26,156 nucleotides of DNA from Promethearchaeota archaeon (GTDB lineage Archaea; Asgardarchaeota; Lokiarchaeia; Sigyniarchaeales; SOKP01). Below, piece by piece: positions 1 through 9,886 of this stretch (its first letter is position 1; each line of letters starts with the position of its first letter). The notes under the pieces are model-generated. The model was not told the DNA's origin. It saw only the letters and a list, made by a program, of their open reading frames with translations, and did not search any database. Position numbers and translations under genes: made by a program. The stretch is from contig JBHLMQ010000044.1 in the NCBI GenBank assembly GCA_048938005.1, forward strand, positions 1-26,156, given 5' to 3'.

Positions 1-981
1 GAAAGTGAGGATCTTACTGGAAGTAAAAAATTCGATATCTCTCAGTATTCTAATGAAGATATAATGATAATGTTCACTTTACGTTCAAATAATTATGTCC
101 CACCACCACCCGATGTAGGATATGGTTGGTTGCTCTCTAACATATATGTAGGTTATGATAAATCAACAGATTTTATAGCTCCTCAAATTAAAATATTAAA
201 TCCTGAACCTGATATTACCGTTAATTCAATAATTATGATTAAAGCAAATATAACTGACGATATTGAACTAGATGAGTCGAGAATTTATATACTTCTTAAT
301 AATAAGAGTGTTGATATACATAAACTCACATTTAATAGTACAACAAATATCTTAGAGTTTAATTGGAATACTGCTCAATATAATGATGGAAGATATGAAA
401 TTAGAGTTGTAGCTTACGACGAAGAAGGGAATAAAGCAGAGTCATTTATAACCGTAATTGTAAATAATGTAAGATGGTGGCAAACATGGGGTCTATATAT
501 TATAATAATAATTATTGTAGTAATCGCGGGAATAGCAATATATTTTATTTCTGAAAAGAAAAGAAGAATATGGATTGATAAAATTAGGACCACTCGTATA
601 GAAAAAATAAAGATTAAAGATTTTGATAGAGATCAAGTAATACAACAAATAGAACTAATTGAACATGAAGAAGAGTTGAAAAGACCTTTAACTTTATACT
701 GTAAATTTTGTGGATCCTGGTTTTTTTCTTCGAAATTCGATATTATCTGTCCTGTTTGTGAGCATGATCAAATTTACGCAACATATATTTGTACAAATTG
801 TGGAAAAATCCATCTAAAAGATGAACCAAGAGAAAATTATTATTGTAAAAATAAAGTTTGTGAAGGTGTAAGATTAATAAGAAGGGAAAAAGAAGATATA
901 CAAGAACTTTTAGCTAAAGAAGGAAAAGTCCTAAGGGAATTTAAGACTAAAAAAAAGAAATTTAGCATTTTGGATATATAA
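1..981 (+). CDS. 5'-truncated single-pass membrane protein: extracellular beta-sandwich and Ig-like domain, one TM helix, cytoplasmic double zinc ribbon
   Basis: Frame is open from base 1 (ESEDLTGSKKFDISQY...), so the true start lies outside the window. Ig-like signature D..APQIKILNP...FNWNTAQYNDGRYEIRVVAYDEEGN. TM segment WGLYIIIIIIVVIAGIAIYFI is followed by basic KKRR. Cys pairs CKFC, CPVC, CTNC, CKNKVC. Confidence 0.75.
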   Translation, partial: ESEDLTGSKKFDISQYSNEDIMIMFTLRSNNYVPPPPDVGYGWLLSNIYVGYDKSTDFIAPQIKILNPEPDITVNSIIMIKANITDDIELDESRIYILLNNKSVDIHKLTFNSTTNILEFNWNTAQYNDGRYEIRVVAYDEEGNKAESFITVIVNNVRWWQTWGLYIIIIIIVVIAGIAIYFISEKKRRIWIDKIRTTRIEKIKIKDFDRDQVIQQIELIEHEEELKRPLTLYCKFCGSWFFSSKFDIICPVCEHDQIYATYICTNCGKIHLKDEPRENYYCKNKVCEGVRLIRREKEDIQELLAKEGKVLREFKTKKKKFSILDI

Positions 982-1013
982 AAAAAATATATAAGAATTT
1001 ATTAGAAAAAAGT

Positions 1014-4004
1014 ATGGATTTAAGGAATTTTTTATATAAAATAAGAAAACGAATAAATCTGCAATTCTTCAAGCATTCTTGGCTTGATCTCAAACGAGAT
1101 AAAGCAAAAGCTATTTTTGGGATATCCGGTATAGCAATTTCATTATTTTTATTAACTACTATTGGAATGCTAAATGATACAGTGAATTATAATTACTTGT
1201 TATATGTGACATCGACAACTGGGAGGAGTGATATAATGATAACGCGAACAGTCCAAACAGATTTAACATTTAATCCTTTTTATGACGAGAATATTATTGA
1301 TAATAAATTGAAGGATATTGAAGGTGTCGAAGAATTATTTCCGCGCATTATGATGTTGGTTGAAACTTCTTCAGATAAAATAAACGCAAGCGGTTTTTTA
1401 CAGCTATATGGTCTTGACTTTATTAAAGAAGCAACGAATGGAAATATGGGAGATTTAATCATTGTAGACGATGAGGGAGAAGAAACTCGTGAGATCTATG
1501 ACAGTGAACCAAATAATGGTGAATGTGTTATATTATGGAACACAGCAGAAATACTTAACGTGACCAGAGGAGATGTAATACATATAGAATACCAAACTTA
1601 TAGATTAAATTTAACTGTTGTTGAAATTTGTATTCAAGATCAAAAATTCATGCAATTTGAAAATACTTTAATTCTAGTAAATTTACAACAATCCCAAGCC
1701 TTTTTAATAAGAGAAGGTCAAATAAACTTTATTGTTGGGACTATTAAAAATCCTAAATCTGTTTATGATGCAAGTGATTTAACGAGAACAACTAGGACAC
1801 TTCGGATGATTGGTGCAAGGATACAAGAAAGGTTGGACCTTAATGAGTTTACTGTTAGTTTACCAAAGTTGGAAGAACTTGAAGGAGGTGAATTTATGTT
1901 AATGATGGTGACAATAATGTTTTGGTTTATTACTATTCTTTCCACACTTATAACAGGTATTTTAATTAACAGCATTTTATCTACTTCTGTTGAAGAGAGA
2001 ATAAGAGAATTTGGTATTGTTCGAGTAGTTGGAAGTAAAAAGGCGTACTGTATAAAGATGGTTTTATTTGAAGGGTTGATGTTAGGGTTGATTGGATCGA
2101 TTATTGGAATGATACTTGGAGTTACAATGATGCAGCCGATCGCACAAGGTTTATTTCCTCTATATCAGTTTCAATTTGAGTTTACTGAAGTAGAATGGAT
2201 TATTCAGCCAGATACACTTATACTTACATTTTCAATAGGAACATTTGTATCCTTAGCAATAGCTTTATTACCTGCTCTCAAAACGGCGAGGATAAATATT
2301 ATTAAATCAATTACACCATTTCAAACTAAGGAAGAAGGATGGGAAATTAAAAAAGAAGGTAGTATGAATGTTAAGAGTTTTCTTACAGGTATTGCGATTG
2401 CTACAATTGGAATGATAGTGTTTGTTTTAATGCCAAATATTTTTATCACAGGTGATTTTATGTTAACATCAGCACTTTTTATTGGATTGCTTGCTGCAAT
2501 TGTAATCGGATTAGTTTTTGCATCAATAGGAATAATTCCCTTGATCCAAAAAATATTTTTAGGCATTATTTCACCTGCTATAAAAAAATATAGTAAGATA
2601 ATAAGTATCTCGCTAAGAAGATATAGAAGACGAAATACGAGCACTGTGATTATGTTTGCTATTAGTTTTTCATTCATTTTCTTTCTTACAAGTGTAATTG
2701 AAATGGAATCAGAAAATATGAATTTAAATTTAAGATTCCAATATGGATCAGATCTAGTTTTAATGAATCAAGAATTATATAATCCTGAAAATGCACTAAC
2801 TCTTGAAATGGTTGAAGAGTTAGAAAGTTTATCAGGTGTAGATAAATTAGCAATTTCTCTCCATAATACATTTGATCTTCAAGCCACGTTAGCAACACTT
2901 TTTGAAATAAGTGAAGGACAAGTAGGATTTAGTAGCGAATCCACTGAACAAATGATGACTATGTTTCAATTTTTTGGAGAAGAAGATGATACAAAACTGA
3001 AGACAACTGCTGGAGACACTATGGATTTTGATGTTGTAGAGGCAGGTTTTATTGGTATTAATGAAGATTTTGTTGATTTAATAGATAAAGATTTATTAAT
3101 TTGGAAAAGCGATGGTAGTAGTACAAGTTATTCATTTAATGAATTATTTACCTATAATAATACCTGTATTATTGCCAAATCAATAGCAGATTATGTTGGG
3201 ATAAGAGAAGTAGGGCAAAATATTCGTATAACATTTTATTCTCCAAAAGAATGGGATCGCGACCCAGATAAAAGAGGAACTGGAAATGCGACAGAACTCC
3301 GTGTTGTAGGAATTTCTGGGGGAATTCCGGGATTTTTTAACTTTCGAAGTAACGAAATGGCAGCTGAAGGTGGAGGTATAATGGTCTCATTAGAGAATTA
3401 TATGCGTTTGATGAAAATTGAAAATCCTGGAGAGCCTAATATGATAGTTGATAAAATGTTTATAAACCTGGTTGATAAAACTGAAGAAAACATCAAAAAT
3501 ACTAAAGATGATATTCTCATGATGTATCAAGAAAAAAATATAATAATTGATGATGCAATTTCTAAAATTAACTTTTTCAAGACGATGACAGAACGACAAT
3601 CCTTCCTCATGGAATTGATATTAACATTCACAGTAGTTATTAGTATTTTTGGTCTTGTTAGTAGTATGTATGCGGTTGTTTTAGAGAGAAAATTTGAAAT
3701 TGGGATACTTAGATCTATGGGTATGAAAACTAGAAATGTCAGAAATATGTTTTTAATCGAAAGTATGATAACATTACTTTCGGCGGGTGTAATGGGGACA
3801 ATTATTGGTACGTTTTCTGCATATCTTCTGGAGTCAACTATGGGACTAATGACTGAGATGCCCATAATATTTTCTATTCCTATGGACACTTTATTAAGAG
3901 TATTTATATTATCAATTGCTTTTGCATTTCTAGGAACTTATGCGATTCTAATTAAATACTTCTACAAGAAGAGTATTATGGATATATTCAGACAAACATT
4001 TTAA
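1014..4004 (+). CDS. MacB/FtsX-family ABC transporter permease (duplicated architecture)
   Basis: 996 aa with two repeats of TM, large extracytoplasmic loop and 3 TM. FtsX motifs SVEERIREFGIVRVVG and VLERKFEIGILRSMG. Confidence 0.9.
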   Translation: MDLRNFLYKIRKRINLQFFKHSWLDLKRDKAKAIFGISGIAISLFLLTTIGMLNDTVNYNYLLYVTSTTGRSDIMITRTVQTDLTFNPFYDENIIDNKLKDIEGVEELFPRIMMLVETSSDKINASGFLQLYGLDFIKEATNGNMGDLIIVDDEGEETREIYDSEPNNGECVILWNTAEILNVTRGDVIHIEYQTYRLNLTVVEICIQDQKFMQFENTLILVNLQQSQAFLIREGQINFIVGTIKNPKSVYDASDLTRTTRTLRMIGARIQERLDLNEFTVSLPKLEELEGGEFMLMMVTIMFWFITILSTLITGILINSILSTSVEERIREFGIVRVVGSKKAYCIKMVLFEGLMLGLIGSIIGMILGVTMMQPIAQGLFPLYQFQFEFTEVEWIIQPDTLILTFSIGTFVSLAIALLPALKTARINIIKSITPFQTKEEGWEIKKEGSMNVKSFLTGIAIATIGMIVFVLMPNIFITGDFMLTSALFIGLLAAIVIGLVFASIGIIPLIQKIFLGIISPAIKKYSKIISISLRRYRRRNTSTVIMFAISFSFIFFLTSVIEMESENMNLNLRFQYGSDLVLMNQELYNPENALTLEMVEELESLSGVDKLAISLHNTFDLQATLATLFEISEGQVGFSSESTEQMMTMFQFFGEEDDTKLKTTAGDTMDFDVVEAGFIGINEDFVDLIDKDLLIWKSDGSSTSYSFNELFTYNNTCIIAKSIADYVGIREVGQNIRITFYSPKEWDRDPDKRGTGNATELRVVGISGGIPGFFNFRSNEMAAEGGGIMVSLENYMRLMKIENPGEPNMIVDKMFINLVDKTEENIKNTKDDILMMYQEKNIIIDDAISKINFFKTMTERQSFLMELILTFTVVISIFGLVSSMYAVVLERKFEIGILRSMGMKTRNVRNMFLIESMITLLSAGVMGTIIGTFSAYLLESTMGLMTEMPIIFSIPMDTLLRVFILSIAFAFLGTYAILIKYFYKKSIMDIFRQTF

Positions 4005-4186
4005 ATTGAAATAATTGTACTTAAGAATGAATAAGTTATCCAATTCCTAAAAGAAACTCAAATTTTTAGACAATTTTATTTAAAACTATTAAAAATCTTA
4101 ATAAGTAAATTATATATATAATTTGAACAAAATTAGAATATAAATTTCATATAAAAAATTTACAAAACCAAATAAGGTAATGCAAA

Positions 4187-4693
4187 ATGGAATCTGGAAA
4201 AATAACAAGTTTAATAGCAGGAATAATAACTATTCTTGCTACCTATGTTTTTTCTTGGTATACTATGCTCATAGCGGCACCCATACCAATATTTCGTTCC
4301 AATGGTTTAGGGATAATAACTAATCTTCCAGATTTGTTTACCAACGCCGATATTTACGGACCTTTATTAGGTATGCCCGGATTTGCTGTTTATATTGTTG
4401 CTGGCTTTCTTATCTTTTTTCTGGTTTCTGGCTTTATACAAATTATTGGTATAAAAAGCAGAGCTGCGGTAATTGTAGGTTCTATTATGCCGATTGCAGT
4501 AGCTATCGCATTGTTATTTAGTGTTAGTGATGTACTTAATAAAACATTATGGATACACTATGTTTTCGGTACAAATCCACTAGGAATATTTCCCTTACAA
4601 ATAATACCTAATGATTTAGTGGATATAGGGGGTTATTTATTATTTGTTGGTGGGGGTTTAGGTATAGTTGCCGCATTTCTACCTCGAGATTAA
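4187..4693 (+). CDS. Hypothetical integral membrane protein (about 4 TM)
   Basis: 168 aa, hydrophobic Gly-rich helices; AAGG upstream of ATG; followed by a T10 run. Confidence 0.8.
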   Translation: MESGKITSLIAGIITILATYVFSWYTMLIAAPIPIFRSNGLGIITNLPDLFTNADIYGPLLGMPGFAVYIVAGFLIFFLVSGFIQIIGIKSRAAVIVGSIMPIAVAIALLFSVSDVLNKTLWIHYVFGTNPLGIFPLQIIPNDLVDIGGYLLFVGGGLGIVAAFLPRD

Positions 4694-4708
4694 AAAGAAA
4701 TATTTCAA

Positions 4709-4718
4709 TTTTTTTTTT
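4709..4718 (+). terminator. Archaeal oligo-T terminator candidate
   Basis: T10 run 15 nt after the stop of 4187..4693, between convergent genes. Confidence 0.5.
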
Positions 4719-4809
4719 GGTATTACAAGCATTTTAAATTGTTAATCACAAACTATTCAATTCCTAAAAAAAATTTAATTCTTTTTAAAATCTCAATCAA
4801 TAAATTGTC

Positions 4810-5400
4810 CTAATTAGTATTTTCTCTTAGAAACTTGATAAATTTTCTCCAAGCTTGTCCCCTATGAGAAATTTTGTTTTTTTCCTCCGTTGTCATTTCC
4901 GCAAACGTTTTATGTGGAATAACATTGGGAAGAAAAATAGGATCAAATCCAAAACCACCTGAACCCCTTATAGTTTTTGAAACTTTCCCATAGACATTTC
5001 CTTCAAAAAATAAGTTTTTATCAAGAGGTTTAAAATAAAGCGCTATAACTGAAGTAAAATGAGCTTTAGTCATTTCGAAATCATTGATTAATCTCAATAT
5101 TCCTTTATTGCCAATTGTCTTCATAATATATGAAGAATAAACTCCTGGGAAACCGTTTAGAGGCGTATCAACAAAAAATCCAGCATCCTCTATAAAGTAA
5201 GAGCCATATATTTTTCCTCTTATGCTGTTTAACTTGAATAATGCCACTTCCTGAATAGATCCTGCTTGAATTTCGATTGTTTTTGTAGTCTTCTGTTTTA
5301 AAATATATCTGAGATTTTCTTTTTTAAAGAGATTGGATACTTCGTTATATTTATGGATATTTCCAGTAATAAAATAAAGAATATTTTGATCCTTGTTCAT
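4810..5400 (-). CDS. rdgB: Non-canonical purine NTP pyrophosphatase (RdgB/HAM1, dITP/XTP pyrophosphatase)
   Basis: Motifs FITGNIHK, EDAGF, LNGFPGVYS, GFGFDPIF, KNKISHRG. Confidence 0.95.
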   Translation of the reverse strand: MNKDQNILYFITGNIHKYNEVSNLFKKENLRYILKQKTTKTIEIQAGSIQEVALFKLNSIRGKIYGSYFIEDAGFFVDTPLNGFPGVYSSYIMKTIGNKGILRLINDFEMTKAHFTSVIALYFKPLDKNLFFEGNVYGKVSKTIRGSGGFGFDPIFLPNVIPHKTFAEMTTEEKNKISHRGQAWRKFIKFLRENTN

Positions 5401-5558
5401 AATTACTATAATAGCTTAAGATTTATTTAGATATTCGAGTTCAATAAAGATCAAATCAGTTGTAACAGTTAACATTCCAAAAGTTTATTTTTTATACTTC
5501 TTTATTTACTCTATACTAAATCTTAAAAGAACTGCAATATGAAAGGAAGAAAGTAAAA

Positions 5559-6017
5559 ATGGCTCGGATGCATTCAAGAAAGCGTGGAAAGGCGGGTAGT
5601 ACACGCCCTGCGAGATTAGAAAAGCCAGTATGGGTAGAACTCTCACCTGAAGAAGTTGAAAATGAAGTTGTCAAATTAGCAAGAAGAGGACATTCAAAAT
5701 CTATGATAGGTACGATTATGAGAGATTCTCGAGGGGTACCATTAGTTAAAATTGTCGCTGGTAAAAATATTAGCCAAATCCTAAAAGAAAATGATATCGA
5801 AGCACCTTTACCAGAGGAACTAGCCAACTTAGTAAAAAAAGCTTTAAATATAAGAAAGCATCTCGAAACAAATCATAAAGACTTAGAAGCTAAGAAGGGC
5901 CTTAATAGAACAGAATCAAAAATTTATCGTTTAATTAAATATTATAAAAAGAAGAAAATACTTGCGCCAGATTTCAAATATGATCCAGAGAAAATTAGGA
6001 CGTTAGTGGCCAGGTAA
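5559..6017 (+). CDS. rps15: 30S ribosomal protein uS15 (archaeal S15/S13e)
   Basis: MARMHSRKRGKAGS N-terminus; LPEELANL...HLETNHKD...TESKIYRLIKYYK. Confidence 0.97.
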   Translation: MARMHSRKRGKAGSTRPARLEKPVWVELSPEEVENEVVKLARRGHSKSMIGTIMRDSRGVPLVKIVAGKNISQILKENDIEAPLPEELANLVKKALNIRKHLETNHKDLEAKKGLNRTESKIYRLIKYYKKKKILAPDFKYDPEKIRTLVAR

Positions 6018-6019
6018 AT

Positions 6020-6025
6020 GGAGGA
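6020..6025 (+). promoter_or_regulatory. Shine-Dalgarno site for rps3ae
   Basis: GGAGGA 6 nt upstream of the GTG at 6032, supporting that start. Confidence 0.7.
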
Positions 6026-6031
6026 TCGAAA

Positions 6032-6832
6032 GTGAGTTCAAGAGCAAAAAAACGTAAACCTAAATTAAAGAAGGTAACTTTTAAAGATAAAAATTGGTAC
6101 AAAATTTTAGCACCGCGTATCTTTAACAACAAAGAGATTGGTGAAGTGATCGGAACTGAGACCAATATAATCGGGAGGATTGTAGAAGCTTTAATGTATG
6201 ATTTTACTGGACAATATAAAGATATAAGCCTAAAATTAAACTTTAAAATTGTCAATGTTAATGAAGAAGCAAAAAAATGCAATACATTGTTTCAAGGTCA
6301 TAGTTATACAAATGATTATGTAAGGTCCCTGATAAACAGGGGAAGTACAAAAATACAAACAATTCTCAATCTTACAACTAAAGATAATTATAAATTTCGT
6401 GTTACAATAATTTGTACAACAATTAGAAGAGCGAGAAGTAGCCAACAGGTTTTAATTCGAAAAATAATGAGTGAAATATCAAGGGAGTTCTCTAAAAGCT
6501 TAAATCATGAAAAATTTATTGCAGGAATGGTATATGGAGAATTTCAAAACCAAATTTTAAGAGTCGCTAAGACAATATATCCATTATCAAGCTCTGTGAT
6601 AGTTAAGAGTAAGCTAGTATCTATGCCTGAAGGAGGAAAAGATAAGATAATCCCTGATGATCAATTCGAAATTGTAGAAGTTGACGTAAAGAGATCTAGA
6701 AAATCAGAAATTAAAAGATCTGAAAGAATTAATGTAAAAAAACTCGCACAATCCAAGAGTCAACCACCTTCAATTGAGAGAGAAAAAAGTATTGGCTCTA
6801 TAGAAGAAAGCAGTTCTGAGGAATCAGAATAA
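6032..6832 (+). CDS. rps3ae: 30S ribosomal protein eS1 (S3Ae) with long charged C-terminal tail
   Basis: KNWYKILAP..F, IGRIVE, FQGHSYTNDYVRSLI.RG, IYPL motifs; directly downstream of uS15. Confidence 0.95.
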   Translation: MSSRAKKRKPKLKKVTFKDKNWYKILAPRIFNNKEIGEVIGTETNIIGRIVEALMYDFTGQYKDISLKLNFKIVNVNEEAKKCNTLFQGHSYTNDYVRSLINRGSTKIQTILNLTTKDNYKFRVTIICTTIRRARSSQQVLIRKIMSEISREFSKSLNHEKFIAGMVYGEFQNQILRVAKTIYPLSSSVIVKSKLVSMPEGGKDKIIPDDQFEIVEVDVKRSRKSEIKRSERINVKKLAQSKSQPPSIEREKSIGSIEESSSEESE

Positions 6833-6992
6833 CTTAGTTTTATATAATAACTTATTAATATTTATATTCTAAAAGCTTATTACTTTATAAGATAACTTCT
6901 TATATTTTCAAGAATAATAAATTAAATACTTTTATAGAAAATTATTCTTTTACAATTCAAATAAATATTATTACTTTAATTGACAGATAGAA

Positions 6993-8750
6993 GTGGTACT
7001 TATGTCTTCTCAAGAAGGAAATAGAGATAACCAATACTCATTTGATGATTTCCTATTTGTTAGGGATCATTTCAATTATTATAAAGACGATGATTTTTTG
7101 CAGACTCTTGTTAAAGCATACGCTCCTCAAGATAAATTTGAAGAAATTGATAGAGATCTCCGTGCTCTTTCTGATTACGTGTCTTTCAGGTTTCGAAATC
7201 TCTCTGATAAAGCTAATGAACTTGAAAACAGAATAAAAGTTACAAAAGTCAAACATTATGATGCACATAATCATCGAATTGATCGTATAGAACGATGTTT
7301 AGAAACTGAAATTTTGGAACGTGAAGTTTTTAGCCTTGGACTGTATGATCCAGCAAGAAATACAGCGTGGAGTAGATATATAAAGATGTTTTTGCTGTAT
7401 GAAAACGGAGAAGCAGGTGTCATGTGCCCTGTGGCTTGTTCTCATGGAGCTGTTGAAATTATGCAAAAATATGAAAATGAATTGAGCCCTGAAGCGAAAA
7501 GAATTCTCAAACATATTAGAGATGGAAAAAAAGGAGAATATGCTAGAGGAGCACAGTTTGTAAGTGAAATTCAAGGTGGAAGTGATGTTCCTGCCAATCT
7601 TGTCGAAGCTGTATTTGAAAAAGAAGAGGGTTCAGATGGAATTTCAAATTGCTGGAGATTATATGGACAAAAATTCTTCTGTTCTGCTACGCATGCTGAT
7701 TATGCTATAGTTACAGCAAAACCTAAAGGTGTAGAGTCATCTACTAGAGTTGCTGCATTTGTTGTTCCTTCATGGCTTCCTGGTAATAAAGAGAGAGAAA
7801 TCAGGAATTCTTTTACTATTGATCGGTTAAAACAAAAATTAGGAACTGCAGAATTACCCACTGCTGAAATTACTTATAATGGAACCGTGGCATATCCCGT
7901 AGGACCTCTTGAGAAAGGTCTTGCTGACATTGTAGGGATTGTTCTATCGTTATCTAGACTTCATGTAGCTTTTGGAATGGCTGCTGGTGCATTACGAGTA
8001 GCAAGAGAAGCTATATTATATTCACAATTTAGGACTGCTTTTGGTGTTCCTATTTCTTCATTTCCATTAATGATAAACCAAATAAATGATTTGGATCATT
8101 TTGCCAAGAGAAGCGCCGCTGGATCATTTAAAGTATATTCAGAATATATTCATTTTGGAGAAGAATTGATTAGTGGAATAAGGGAATTAGAAAAAATAGA
8201 GAATATCCAGGAACGAAGACGCCGCTTTAGGTTGCGTGAATTAATAATGTTACAGAAAATAGTAGTAGCCGATGAAGCTCCAGCAATGATAAGAAAAGCA
8301 ATTTCTTTCTTTGGAGGGCATGGTATAATGGAAGATTTTTTATCATTTCCACGGCTCCATCGTGATTCAATGATTATGGAACTATGGGAAGGACCACGGA
8401 ATGTTCTTTTAGCACAAATACATCGAGATTTTCAGAGAGTAGAAGATTGGTATTCAGCTGATGATTTTTGTAGAGATTTGCTAAGAGGAGCAGATTCAGA
8501 TCTTGTTGAAACATATACGTCAGAGTTCTCCAGAATAATGTCTCATGATACCCTTCTCCGAAATGATGAGGAAACTTTGGCAATTTGTCGAGATTGGGAA
8601 GAATTCTCTAATAAACTTTTTATTGCTTACCAAGAACAGGCTCTCAGGGAAATTAATTATAAAGGTAAACCACTAAAATTTTCAAAATTACTGCGTGAAT
8701 TTAGAAAAAGAGAAGCTCCAAAAGAGCAAGTGGAAATGATAGTTGAGTGA
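6993..8750 (+). CDS. Acyl-CoA dehydrogenase family protein, AidB-like
   Basis: GAQFVSEIQGGSDV, LYGQKFFCS, RLKQKLGT...PTAEI, GGHGIMEDF, WEGPRNVL. The start may be the ATG at 7002. Confidence 0.9.
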   Translation: MVLMSSQEGNRDNQYSFDDFLFVRDHFNYYKDDDFLQTLVKAYAPQDKFEEIDRDLRALSDYVSFRFRNLSDKANELENRIKVTKVKHYDAHNHRIDRIERCLETEILEREVFSLGLYDPARNTAWSRYIKMFLLYENGEAGVMCPVACSHGAVEIMQKYENELSPEAKRILKHIRDGKKGEYARGAQFVSEIQGGSDVPANLVEAVFEKEEGSDGISNCWRLYGQKFFCSATHADYAIVTAKPKGVESSTRVAAFVVPSWLPGNKEREIRNSFTIDRLKQKLGTAELPTAEITYNGTVAYPVGPLEKGLADIVGIVLSLSRLHVAFGMAAGALRVAREAILYSQFRTAFGVPISSFPLMINQINDLDHFAKRSAAGSFKVYSEYIHFGEELISGIRELEKIENIQERRRRFRLRELIMLQKIVVADEAPAMIRKAISFFGGHGIMEDFLSFPRLHRDSMIMELWEGPRNVLLAQIHRDFQRVEDWYSADDFCRDLLRGADSDLVETYTSEFSRIMSHDTLLRNDEETLAICRDWEEFSNKLFIAYQEQALREINYKGKPLKFSKLLREFRKREAPKEQVEMIVE

Positions 8751-8798
8751 AAAATAGCAATGATAAAGTATTGAGTTAGAATTGCTTAAATATTAATC

Positions 8799-9704
8799 TT
8801 ATAAGTTCAAGATTTGATCAAAATTCTTTAAAACATTATTGAAGTATAACTTTAAATGTTTAAATGGTCTCAAATCTCCTGAAAAATCATCTTGGAAGGC
8901 GGAATCTAAAGACATCTTAGCCTTTAGTTGCTTGAAAATATCTTTAATTTTATAAAAATTCCCTGTTGCGATGAAATCTAATGAGTACCCATTAATATTT
9001 CCAAAAAAAATAATTTTTTTAACCGCATTATTTTCAGTATCTTGAATATGAATTTCTTTAATCTTTGTTTTTGCGCGAATTTGGGTATTCATAGAGATCG
9101 TTGCTAATTTTGCAGAAAGATCTGAACTAAATAATTCAATATTTTCATTTGTTTTTTCTCTCTTTAAGTTTCTCAAAAGATCTTTATCATATAATTGAGA
9201 GATAATTGGTAATCCTTGAGCAGAAATACCCGCATACAATAAGGCATTTTGTCTATTATTATTTATTTTTTCATAGATTATTTCTTCTTCAAGTGGCTCT
9301 AAATATTTGTCTTTTAAATAATCTATAATTAAATTAATAACTTGTTTAAATGTGGGTTCTTCTGAATCGAATATCAATCTATCTAGATTATTATATTGGA
9401 TATTAACTTGTTTACCGAAATCTTCTAACATTTTAAAAGCTTCTAGAGAACCTACACTAAAATTACCTAAACTACAAAAGAATAAATTTTGACCTGCTTT
9501 TGTAACAACGTGCTCAACAATTATTCTTTCTCTGCCAATTTTTTTACTCTTTAAACATAATTTCTTTAATCGCCATGTATTTCTAGGATTAATACTTCTA
9601 AGTAGCTTCTCGACAAATAGTACTATCTCAAAAGCATTATATTTTTTATCATCGGAACAATATAAAATTTTATCTTCCAAAATAATAGAATAAGCCGAGA
9701 TCAT
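8799..9704 (-). CDS. Hypothetical protein, probable tandem longin/roadblock-like domains
   Basis: Two beta-beta-alpha-beta-beta-beta-alpha-like units: MISAYSIILEDKILY... and LLYAGISAQGLPIISQLY...LSAKLATIS...IKEIHI...IIFFG. Fold call is by pattern only. Confidence 0.55.
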   Translation of the reverse strand: MISAYSIILEDKILYCSDDKKYNAFEIVLFVEKLLRSINPRNTWRLKKLCLKSKKIGRERIIVEHVVTKAGQNLFFCSLGNFSVGSLEAFKMLEDFGKQVNIQYNNLDRLIFDSEEPTFKQVINLIIDYLKDKYLEPLEEEIIYEKINNNRQNALLYAGISAQGLPIISQLYDKDLLRNLKREKTNENIELFSSDLSAKLATISMNTQIRAKTKIKEIHIQDTENNAVKKIIFFGNINGYSLDFIATGNFYKIKDIFKQLKAKMSLDSAFQDDFSGDLRPFKHLKLYFNNVLKNFDQILNL

Positions 9705-9886
9705 ATCAAAAACTTTGAGAGAGCAAAAAGTTAATTAATTAGCTTTTATTATTGAAAAAATTATCTAATATATTAATTTTTTTTGATTTAAAAACATACC
9801 AAAATTTGGGGTTAATATTCAATTTTAGTTCTTTTAGCAATAAAATACAATCTAAAATTAATTATAAAGAGAAATAGGGAAGAAAA

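Noticed and set aside
1280-3889. Several 60-120 aa minus-strand ORFs inside the permease, and similar shadow ORFs in other genes
   Set aside because: They lie antisense or out of frame within well-supported CDSs and show no recognisable motifs; they are codon-bias shadows.
4107-4124. Perfect 18-bp palindrome AAATTATATATATAATTT
   Set aside because: It is entirely A/T with a (TA)n core. It may be a TATA region but cannot be separated from chance in this composition.
5539-5556. Tiny upstream ORF MKGRK* before rps15
   Set aside because: It coincides with the purine-rich SD region, and nothing supports its translation.
8748-8774. TGA stop of the acyl-CoA dehydrogenase as possible selenocysteine readthrough
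   Set aside because: The protein is already complete, another TGA follows within 8 codons, and no SECIS-like hairpin was seen.
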